Positions 53,517 to 64,000 of a stretch of 64,000 nucleotides of DNA are shown here, in pieces. Positions within the stretch are counted from its first letter, which is position 1, and each line of letters starts with the position of its first letter. Under the pieces are notes generated by a model. That model was not told the DNA's origin. It was given only the letters and a program-made list of their open reading frames with translations, and did no database searches. The DNA is from Octopus vulgaris (lineage: Eukaryota). The position numbers and the translations under genes were made by a program. Where the stretch lies: assembly GCA_951406725.2 (NCBI GenBank), contig OX597818.1, positions 96,596,001-96,660,000 of the forward strand. The letters run 5' to 3'.

Positions 53517-53664
53517 CTAAATGGAGCTTGCATGTCCGAGACCATCATCTATGAAGCTACCGTGGACTCTATACCCACTAAAGACACCATTTCGACGAAG
53601 AAATACGTGGGCCTTACAGAGGGTAATTTCAAGGCCAGGTTCAATAACCACACCTTGAGTTTTA

Positions 53665-53669
<5 letters not shown>
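53517..53669 (+). pseudogene. Penelope-like element GIY-YIG endonuclease, N-terminal half
   Basis: LNGACMSETIIYEATV...KKYVGLTEGNFKARFNNHTLSFRH (IIY..YVG..FK.R..NH..SF). Confidence 0.85.
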
Positions 53670-53720
<51 letters not shown>

Positions 53721-53875
53721 CTATGTAGAGTAGAGGCCACAGTGATCCGTAGGTAGGAGAGGTGCAATGTCCAAGAGAGAATCCGTAAAGGGTAGATAGA
53801 AAGTACAGTGGAGAAGTCCGTATGTCATCAGAAATGACATGATCAACTGGTGCGACCACGTGAGCGTGTGATATA

Positions 53876-54065
53876 TGGGGAGGGTTCACGAAAAAACAAA
53901 AGACGAAGACAGGTGGTATACAAAACAAACAGACGTATTAGTATAACGCTCAGGAATTGAAAAAGTCTTTTACGTTTCGAGCCTACGCTCTTCTACAGAA
54001 AGGGACACAGAAAAAAAAACAGGAGAGAAAAAAATGTGTGTAGTGGCTACTGATCTATCATGGCG
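53876..54065 (-). mobile_element. PLE-like terminal repeat with HHR-like fold at 53967-54002 (core CUGUAGA)
   Basis: CUUU-CUGUAGA-A-GAGC-guag-GCUC-GAAAC-GUA/AAAG. Confidence 0.65.
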
Positions 54066-55123
54066 ACTGGGTCGCCATGATAGTATTGATGCCGAATAGC
54101 AATCTTTTTATCATCCTGTAGCACTAGTGGAATTACTAGATCACGTAATTTCAATGAGACCACCTTTCATCAACAATAGTCACCCCTCATTGCATGCTGG
54201 CCAAATTTCGAAACATGCTGGAATTACGTGATCTAGCTGTTCTGCTACTGGTGCTGCACAGTTTCTCGACTGATGCCGATATAGCTACGCTTCGTTGCAT
54301 TATACGTCTATATGAGAGACTTTCTCAAGGGGGATACCACAGTATTACGACGTTCTAACAATACATTCACATAGAGTTGGACATGAGTGTCACTTGGTAT
54401 TAATACTCCTTCCGTGCGTGTGTGTATGTACACACACACATATATATTATTATATGTTCGGACGCCACGCATCCTTTTCCAAATAAGTTTTATCTTAATA
54501 ATTACGATGTGCACTCTTCTACCTTTACTATCTCTTCTCTGTCTATCTCTCTCCTTCTCTTGTTCTTCATTTTTTCTGGTTTTCTCTCCTACCCTTCCCT
54601 ATTCTTCTCCTCTCCTCTTCACCGTTCCCTCTCTCTCACGCCTCCTCCTCGACTCTCTCGTCGCTGCCACGTGATGAAAGATAATCTGTCTTTCTGCCCA
54701 CAACCTTCGTAAAGAAAAAACGTGCTTATACTGTCTCCTTCACAAGCTCGTCCTCCTAGCGTTCAAAAATATTTTTTCTATCGTCTTGGCTTAACAGCCC
54801 TCATCGTATGTTTTTATTGTTTTGTTCTCACTGTCCTGTTCTTGTTACCACTTTCACCCTTCGCAAAAAAATCCAAATTTTATCGAATTTGCCTTGCGAA
54901 AAGGACTGTTTCAACGGAGTCGCGTCTTGCCCTTGCCTTCGTAACGTAAAGTAGATGAAAAAAGAACAACTAAAGATGGGGAATATTCTTTATGTTGTAT
55001 GTCCCGTTTCTCTATTTGTATTTTTTTTCGTTGTTCGAAAAAGAAGTTCGTTTCTATGTTTTTATTTTTATGCTTTCGTTTCTCATTGTGTTCAACTTTT
55101 TTTTTATGTCCTGTACCCATATA

Positions 55124-55168
<45 letters not shown>

Positions 55169-55203
55169 GTAGGTATGTACATATATGTATGTATATATGC
55201 ATA

Positions 55204-55251
<48 letters not shown>

Positions 55252-55482
55252 TATCTGGGAGAAAGTTACAGACGAAGAGTGTGTGTCTGTACATTATTTC
55301 ACCTTTATTTAGTAGTTACTGTCTCATTAAAGAAAAAATAAATGTCACCCAATCTCATTTCGCCTTCCTTTATAAACCTGTGGCCTACTATCGGTAATCA
55401 TTATTTTCCTATTAAGTTCGTGCGTGTGTGTGTGTATGTGTGTGTGTATGTGTGTGTGTCTGTGTGTGTGTGTATGTGTGTA

Positions 55483-55540
<58 letters not shown>

Positions 55541-55824
55541 TGCGTTTATGCATGTATATATCCATAACTAGATGGAAAAATAGGAATATATATACACATA
55601 ATTTATGCATGAAGTTTGCCGGATGAAGAAATGCTGGGTTTTCTGATCAATTATATGCCGTAGTTAGTCATAAGTAGGAAGTTCTCAACAATCCAATTTC
55701 CGTTCAGATTCTCTTTGATTTTTCGCTCTGTGGTTAATGCTTTATTAATGCCTTGTAAGTGAACTTCGTACATGGAAACTGAGTGGAAGCCTTTCGTTGT
55801 GTGTGTGTGTATATATATATAATT

Positions 55825-56602
55825 TTACATGTTTCAGTCATTTGACTAGGGCGATGCTGGAGCACCGCCTTTTAGTCGAGAAAATTAACACCTAGTCTTA
55901 TCCTTAGTAAGCCTGGTAATTATTCTATCAGGTTCTACTGCTGAACGTAAACACACCATCGGTTGCCAAGCGATGGTGGAGGTACAAACACTGAAACACG
56001 CATGAATATGTGCTTGTATATACGACGGGCTTCTTTCAGTTTCCTCTACCAAATCCACTCACAAGGCTTTGGTTGGATTTATTAGACGACACTTGCCCAA
56101 GGTGTCACACAGTGGGACTGAACCCGGAATCATGTGGTTGGGAAGCAAGCTTTTTACCATACAGTCACGACTGGGCCTATATATATATATTTACATACAC
56201 ACACATACACACACACACCTATGTACGCATATATATATACTTGTTTTTTACTTGTTTCAGTCATTTGACTGCAGCCATGCTGGAGCATCGCCTTTAGTCG
56301 AGCAAATCGACCCCAGTACTTATTCTTTGTAAGCCTAGTACTTATTCTATCGTTGTCTTTTTGCCGAACCGCTAAGTTACGGGCAAGTAAACACACCAGC
56401 ATCGGTTGTCACACACAGGCACACAAACACATATACATATATACGACGGGCTTCTTTTCAGTTTCCGTCTACCAAATCCACTCACAAGGCTTTGGTCCGC
56501 CCGAGGCCATTGTAGAAGACACTTGCCAAGGTGCCACTTGCCAAGGTGGACTGAACCCGGAACCATGTGGTTGGTAAGCAAACTACTTACCACACAGCCA
56601 CA
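55825..56602 (-). mobile_element. two tandem SINE family A copies
   Basis: Tails near 55830 and 56250; heads near 56175 and 56600. Confidence 0.85.
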
Positions 56603-56617
56603 TACATTCTCTTAATA

Positions 56618-56653
<36 letters not shown>

Positions 56654-57384
56654 TGTATGTATGTATGTATGTATGTATGTATGTATGTATGCGTGTCTTT
56701 GTTCCCCTGTCATTGCTTGGCAACCGGTGTCGGTTTGTTTACGCCCTAGTAAATTAGCGGATCGATAGAATAAGCACCAAACTTTAAAAATAAGTACTGA
56801 GGTCGATTTGTCCGTCTAAACCCCTTAACCCGGCGCCTCGGCACGGCTGCAGTCCAGTGAATAAAATAAATAAAAGAAAAAAATTATAATGATTAAATAA
56901 ATAAGTACAGTGAACATGCCAATTACAATATCTTTAGCATCCGAAAGAGCACAAAAATGAAGCATATGCCGGCTGCTTTACGAATTTTCAGTTTCTTTTT
57001 ATTAGAATATAAAACGGTTTGCCAGGAGCAGTTTCATTAAGTCGAGGTTAAGTAGACAGCCGAAATTTTTTATCAGGAAAATATATATAACAAAATTCAG
57101 GCAAACGACATACGATTTATGAAAATGCTTTCCTTTATACGAAAGGTCATAGATTCCAGAGTTGAAATGTCAGAGTATTAAAGCTGTCACTCGAGACTTG
57201 CTATCATTTCGTTTCAAGTACACCACGTCGTTGATAATGAGTATTTTGTGTTCTCTAATAGATATTTCTCTCCAAACCTCAGTTTTCTTTTTCCGTTAAT
57301 ACACTCAAAACTCTATACATACACACACATTCAAACGCAGGCGCCGACAAACACACACACACACACATACATATATATATATAT

Positions 57385-57649
57385 CAGATGTTGCTACACA
57401 TCGCTGGTCACAATGCGCTTCGCATTGTTTTAGCCTTCAAATGACGCCACCCCGCTGGCTATGCGAGCAGGCCAACAGAAGAAAGGGTGAGAGAAAGTTG
57501 TGGCGAAAGAGTATAGCAGGGATCGCTACCAACCCCTGCCGGAGCCTCGTGGAGCTTCAAGTGTTTTCGCTCAATAAACACTCACAACGCCCGGTCTGGG
57601 AATCGAAACCGCGAGTCCGCTGCCCAACCCACTAGGCTATTGCGCCTCC
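57385..57649 (-). mobile_element. SINE with a family C head and body but a different 3' tail
   Basis: Matches about 28140-28324, then diverges into ggcctgctcgcatagccagcgg...gtagcaacatctga. Confidence 0.7.
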
Positions 57650-57679
57650 AAACACACACGTATATATATATATATATAT

Positions 57680-58989
57680 TGTTACGAAACGGAATCACCC
57701 GTCGTCGCCCGTCCCGAACGGCTCACACACAAGTTCCGCCACGGAACCCAAAGAGGCGGAGAGAGGAGATACAGATAGTTACTGCCACAACCCCAACAGC
57801 ACAGAGATACAGAGGCACAACCCGAGATACAATCCAAAGAGGCAAGGCAACAACTGGCAACACTGGCTTATATTCAAACAACAGTTTATACGACAATTAA
57901 TTGCTACACATCAAATACATCAAAGCATGCACGTGACTACTCAATACATAATACAACAGATCAATGCATAATACAACATCAAGTAACAATATAACAGTGT
58001 TCAGTAACGACACAACAAGTCCAGATCAAATAATGTTCACGATACGTCACAGTCCAATCAGAACACTTCGATACATTATACAATGTTCGTATCACAACAA
58101 TTCACGTTACAATTCAACAAGTCCTTTACTCAATTCACAATGTTCTTTATCGACTACATCGACAGAGTCCTTCTTTTTCTCTCTTCTTTCTCTTCACTGT
58201 TCAATACACAAATCACATACCTTATTCCTAATTGAATCTGCCAGTGTCCCATTCTGCACTCATCTCTTAATACTGCTAAATCCTCTGAATACTCTGCTAA
58301 TTCCCCTCTGTGCATATTCCAATCGCTTGCTCCTAGGCCTCCTCGCATCCCAGCTCGCTCCCAGGAATTCCAACGCTTGCTCCTTAAATCCAAGGTTCCA
58401 TCCACTCGCTCTGACCTCCAGAGTCCGTCTGTGTTCCTCGACGACCGCTCAACGACTGCCTTCTTGACGACCAGCTACCAACTACCCAGATCCGTCCTTC
58501 TTGACGACCAACTGCGAACTCCCAGATCCGTCTGTGTTCCTCGACGACCGCTCAACGACTGCCTAGAACCTCACTTCCCTGTCCTGACTTCCACTCCCTC
58601 ATCTCCCTCTGTTCTACCACCTATAGTCTTTCTATTTGCTATCTGATTCCTTACTCTATCTATATCGCCTACTGTCCCTTAGCCTCTCTATCTGTCCCTT
58701 AGTCTTATACTCTATCTCTCTCATGACAGCTCTACCAAACTCTCTGCCTGTCCTTCTCTCCTACTGTCAATACCCTCTCCATCTGCTCTTAGATTCCCTT
58801 AATCTGTCCTCCTCTTCACTTCTTCAAGGGGTGCCCAGAGCGACCCCTAATTCACCCGCACAAGGTCACAGGTCATTCCAAAACCCATTAGTCCTCCATT
58901 AAACAAAAGACTGTCACTTTTCTACTAGACATGCCGGAACCATAATTCCAATGTGGGTCACCGGGAAATGCACCAGCTAAACCGTAACA
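57680..58989. mobile_element. probable solo LTR (1.3 kb) inserted in (TA)n
   Basis: Termini TGTTACG...CGTAACA; (TA)n on both sides; internal repeat tccgtctgtgttcctcgacgaccgctcaacgactgcc x2. Confidence 0.7.
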
Positions 58990-59005
58990 ATATATATATA
59001 TATAT

Positions 59006-59087
59006 ACGAGAAAGAAGCAACAAGAATGGATTAGTTTTTAGTACAATTGTACTAAAAACTAATCCATTCTTGTTGCTTCTTTCTCGT
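59006..59087. repeat. perfect 82-bp palindrome with no spacer
   Basis: acgagaaagaagcaacaagaatggattagtttttagtacaa|ttgtactaaaaactaatccattcttgttgcttctttctcgt. Confidence 0.95.
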
Positions 59088-59202
59088 TTATAATCACCCC
59101 ACATTACTGTATGGTTAACACCATATAGTTTTCTGGTGCATCTAAGTTAAGTACCACATTCAAGTAAATTCATTGGAATTAACTTGAATCTTAATTGCTT
59201 TT

Positions 59203-59240
<38 letters not shown>

Positions 59241-59426
59241 TATACATATACATATTGTATAAGACGTGGATTCAGAGAATCATGAGGTTATCACAGAGAA
59301 ATCCCCTTACAGACTCGGCTGTCAATTCACATAACAGTCAATAGCAAAGACGTGTTAGTGGTAATCCTATGGATGTTACGTAGTTGAGTGAATATAAACA
59401 CTTTCATACCTTCTGACGATTTGGTG

Positions 59427-59486
<60 letters not shown>

Positions 59487-59489
59487 GAT

Positions 59490-59677
59490 TGCTAGCCATG
59501 ATAGATCGCTAGTGACACATTCTTTATGTTCTCTCCTTGTTCCTTTCTGTGTTCCTTTCTGTGGAAGAGTGTAGGCTCGAAACGTTAAAGATATTTTCAA
59601 TTCCCGAGCGTTATACTAAAACATGTTTGTTGTCTACACCACCTGTCTTCGTCTTATGTCTTTTTTGTGAATTCTCC

Positions 59678-59680
<3 letters not shown>
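59490..59680 (+). mobile_element. PLE-like terminal repeat with HHR-like fold at 59555-59590 (core CUGUGGA)
   Basis: CUUU-CUGUGGA-A-GAGU-guag-GCUC-GAAAC-GUU/AAAG; flanked by (TA)n. Confidence 0.65.
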
Positions 59681-59730
<50 letters not shown>

Positions 59731-60026
59731 TATATATACATAAATACATAGAGTGTTGCGTTCACGATCGCGAAATCGTGATTTCAATTCCTAGACCGGC
59801 TGGTGCGTTGTGTTCTTAAGCAAAGAACCTCTTATCGTGATGTTCTCTGATCACTTCAACACAAGACGCGTGGTACACCGTGCATCTTGTCCAGGCATCG
59901 TCGATATGATGAAGAGTACATACATTCATCACAATAAACAAATCATTTATTCAGGATGTTCAGCAAAAGCTGAAAGCTCTGACATGGTCTTCGATGGGAG
60001 AGTCGATTACAAAAAACAACACTATG

Positions 60027-60118
60027 AAACAAACTAATACCGGTTGTCAAGCGTCGGTTGCTAGGGAAAACGCCAAGACGTGCACACATATCTACATACA
60101 TACATATTCATACAGATA

Positions 60119-60182
<64 letters not shown>

Positions 60183-60312
60183 TGTATGTATGTATATATA
60201 TATATATATACACACATATATATTTGTATAAATATGTATGTATGTAGATATGTGTGCACGTCTTGGCGTTTTCCCTAGCAACCAACGCTTGACAACCGGT
60301 TTTAGTTTGTTT
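60027..60312. repeat. inverted duplication of a SINE A segment around a (TA)n spacer
   Basis: accggttgtcaagcg..gctagggaaaacgccaagacgtgcacacatatctacatac and its reverse complement. Confidence 0.9.
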
Positions 60313-60869
60313 ACCTGCTTGCAACTGAGCTATTGTGTCTTTTGCCAAACCGCTAAGTGCTAAACTTTCTAAATATAAGTTCCGGAGGGTGGAATTGTTT
60401 CAACTAATATCCTTCAAGGTGGTGCATCAGAATTCCCGAAATCCAATCACTGAAAGTAAAAGATAGAATATATAAATATCGAAACTGCTGCCGAATATAT
60501 TCTTTTAAGCATTCTTGCCTTTAACATAGACACCAGACCTGTACTTTGAGAATAATTCAAAAGACATTCAGCCAACTTATTGCTTTGTTGAGTTGCGGTG
60601 ATCAGAGTAGTTTTTCGCGTTTGCTAGCTCCTTACGGTGAAACAGGTATATTAGAGAAGGAAGGACAGGAAGATTCTGCGAAATTATTTGAGGCTCTCTT
60701 GGCAAGGAATCAAGAGAAGCCCCAGCTGGGATTTGGTATGTCAGGAATCTAGCAGACCGTGAAAAACACGAATGTATTTCTTGCTTCTTGATTTCCTTGT
60801 GTTGAACTACACTAAATATTTGCGGCAAATATCGGTATCATATTTTAGTATAAAACCAGCAATTTCGAC

Positions 60870-61035
60870 TGAGGGAGTAAGTCGACTACATCGATCCCAG
60901 TGTGTAACTGGCATTTATTTTATCGACCCCGAAAGATTGAAAGGCAAAGTCGAACCCATCGGCATTTGAACTCAGAAAGTAAAGTCGAAAGAAATGCCAG
61001 TAATATTTTTTCCGGCGCCGTAACGATTCTGCCGG
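60870..61035 (-). mobile_element. SINE family B, degenerate monomer
   Basis: tttatcgaccccgaaagattgaaaggcaaagtcgaa...atttgaactcagaa. Confidence 0.75.
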
Positions 61036-61331
61036 GCATGTGTCAGGCAAACGAAAATTTGAGTGGAAAAAGGAAATAATTTGTAGGAATAAATGAATAA
61101 CTAAATAATATATTGGATTGGAATAGAGAAATGATGAATCTTAACATTTTCTTTATGAAGGGTACCGGACTTATAGTAATATTTCCGTGTAACTGTTTAG
61201 TAATTACATACTCAAGACTTTTTGCACATTCCATCTGCAAATTATGAATATTACTTAGTCCTGGATGAAGAACTTGGTTGCAGTCTAATGACTGGAACAA
61301 GTAAAGGATAAAAGAGATGTGTAAGTTTCGG

Positions 61332-61332
<1 letters not shown>

Positions 61333-61390
<58 letters not shown>

Positions 61391-61391
61391 A

Positions 61392-61463
<72 letters not shown>

Positions 61464-61475
61464 AAAAAGAAAGAG
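61333..61475. repeat. (GAAA)n microsatellite
   Basis: Directly visible. Confidence 0.95.
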
Positions 61476-64000
61476 AAGACAGTAGAGGAGGGGTTACATT
61501 AGTACATAATAGTCAAAGTGAAGGGGAAAATACAAGAGGACGCAGAGATGAAATGTAGGAAGTGCTAGAATACTATTCATAAATGAAGTCACTTCCAGTA
61601 GTAGTAATAGTATATAGAGAGGATGGAAGAGCAACAACAACAGTAGTAGCAGTAATAGCAGTAGAGGTGGTGGTGGTGCTGCTGCTGCTGCTGTCGACAG
61701 TGAAGGTCGTCGCTTGTGGAATTTTTTTTTCTTTTTGGCTTTTGTTCGGTTTTTTCTGGTGATGACTTTCCATTGGCGGCTGTGATGATGATGAGAGTTT
61801 CAGATATTTGCCGGCTTTTTTTTTTTTTAAGGAGAAAAGACACTATTAAAGATAAGGGTAATCAGCATCGGCGCCAAGCCTGCCAACTCACTGAGAGAGA
61901 GGAGAAGAGAAAGAGAGAGAGAGACAGAGACAGTATGAGAAACAAAAAAATAACTATAAATATTACAATAAAACTTGAAAATGAGGTTAATCTTTTGTTT
62001 CCTCCTGTTAAAAGTGCTGATGAGATGAAGGGCTACCACTCGCTGCATACACAGAATGTAAAAAAAATGTTTCTATGTTATTTGGTGTCTATTTACAGAA
62101 ACGCAAGCATACTTAGGTGAAAAAAGAGACTGATTCGTGCAAATTGTAAATAAAATCTTGTTACGAAAATAAAATGTTACTAGTTTCACTGATTGTTCAT
62201 TCAGATTGAGGAAAGCTCCTGATTAGATTGTTGGATAAACATGCATCTACCATAACCTCAGGCCGACCAATGCATTGGGAGTGAATTTCAAAGATGAAAA
62301 CTGTGTGGAAGCCCTCTATGTATGTATGTACGTATATATGCATGCATGTATTTATGTATTATGTATGTATGTATGTATGTATGTAATCCGGGAAGGTATG
62401 CGCCGGCATGTAAAGTATGCATCTTAACTCAACGCGGTTCATCCTATTTCTTTAACAGCTACATCATCGAAGGATTTCAGTCAATCTCTTGAAAATAAAT
62501 AAACACTTATAACTTATACAGTAATTCCAGTGCTTACAGAAAAGGTGATCTACTCTATAGGAGATTACTTGTGGCAAAAGTTACATGTTCTCGGAGAAAC
62601 TCAAGGCGTCGACAAAATTCAGCTGCCTGTTTGACCCCGGAAGACTTTCGGTCAGGAACTTTGAATAATATGAAGAAATACCTGGTTTGCAGAACTACTG
62701 AAATCCATTGCCATATATCGTCACAGCAAAGTGAATTGAGCCATCGAGAGTCAAGTATATTTACCGAAGATGCAACACTATTAATTACATGACACTTCTG
62801 ATATTACTTTGCAGATTTTTTATATTGAAGCATTCAGAATTTTACTAAATCTCATTAACATTAACACAATTTATAGTTAAATTCTAGTTTTTACTAATTC
62901 ATTCAGTCACGCTCTCTCGTCATATAGCTGCAATGCTTAATTAATTTAATCATCATTGGCAAAAGCTGTTCTTTGAATCATTAAATATATATTACAAAGA
63001 AGACAATGAGGCAAAATAATGACGGCGTACATTTCAATGTAGTGTGTTGACCTTTGATTTTTATATATGTTTTTCTATTACTTAACCAAAGGGTGAGGGA
63101 CAGTACCCATGATATTCGCCGTTTCATATGCTGAAGATATAACTGTAGTTGATTTTCAATTGAAGAATCTATAGCTCGTGACTCCTAGGGACGACGGAGA
63201 TAAGGAGAGGATCTAGCAGACAAACGTTCTGGGGAGGAATAATTAATTGTTCAGTGAGGGATCTGAGAAATAAGATACAGTTGATATCAAGAGAGAAAAG
63301 GCTTCGAGTAGGTGGAAGAAACAGGGAATCTACGAATAAGTGGCTGTTGTATGTTAGTGAGTGACTCTTTTCCTATCAATCGAACAGTTGTCTATTAGTT
63401 GCAATCCAGGTCTAGAATGTTTGTGTGCGGCATTAACACCGTCCCACGTATATGGATCGCCCTTGAGCTTTGTAAATTTTCAGAGAGTATTTCTGTCCTT
63501 TGGGATGCAAATTCGACTACCCGACCCGAGTATTGAAATGATGAAAAGTCTATGATCTTTTGAAAACCGGAAGGTAGATCAATGTCTCTAAAGACGAATA
63601 TCAGTGGTTTGGGCCAGGTTGCTGTCTACCTCATAGCGGGGATAGGATAGCCATAGTTCTCTAGGTTTTTGGAGTTCTTTCTGGGCATATTGGCGTCGTT
63701 AACTGTAATGAATGACTCGAAATGCATATCAGATGCGCATTATGATCGTGTAGAACTAGTGCTGAGGAGGGAGAAATGCAAGAGCTTTTAAAATATGATC
63801 AGATGATTCCCTCTATCCAACATATATCCACTGCACTACTCTGAATGCATCACCATGAGTTTTAGAAAATTGCAATGGATAGTTTAGATCGTACAAGCAG
63901 AGGTTACTTTCCAAAACAGTGCGTGAGAACAACGTACATAGTTAACACTTTCAACTCGTTGTCTACACAGATTACACTGAACACTCAACCAAAACATAAC

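Noticed and set aside
57964-58902. ORFs inside the LTR-like element
   Set aside because: Low-complexity S/L/T-rich frames with no gag, pol or env motif.
63090-63800. Higher-GC segment resembling a decayed retroelement ORF
   Set aside because: No diagnostic motif recoverable by eye; needs a translated search.

Overview
AT-rich eukaryotic DNA densely filled with microsatellites ((TA)n, (CA)n, (TACA)n, (GATA)n, (ATT)n, (GAAA)n) and decayed transposable elements. The SINE families and microsatellite density suggest an octopus (cephalopod) genome; this is inference. No intact host protein-coding gene can be supported, and nearly all listed ORFs are microsatellite artefacts. Recognisable content: four tRNA-derived SINE families, a 5S-rRNA-headed SINE, Tx1/L1-like LINE relics (including two tandem ORF1-only elements), RTE and RLE-type LINE ends, Tc1/mariner relics and a MITE, Helitron/Helentron-like elements, a 1.3-kb solo LTR, and Penelope-like (PLE) GIY-YIG fragments. 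The main signals are: (i) about ten minimal type I hammerhead-ribozyme (HHR) folds in PLE-like ends, some with family-conserved non-canonical cores and often in fold-back structures; (ii) two ORF1-only LINEs inserted successively at one 15-bp site overlapping an HHR; (iii) a 5S-headed SINE sharing a structurally conserved 3' stem-loop tail with the main tRNA SINE. Everything was read by eye, so most boundaries are approximate.
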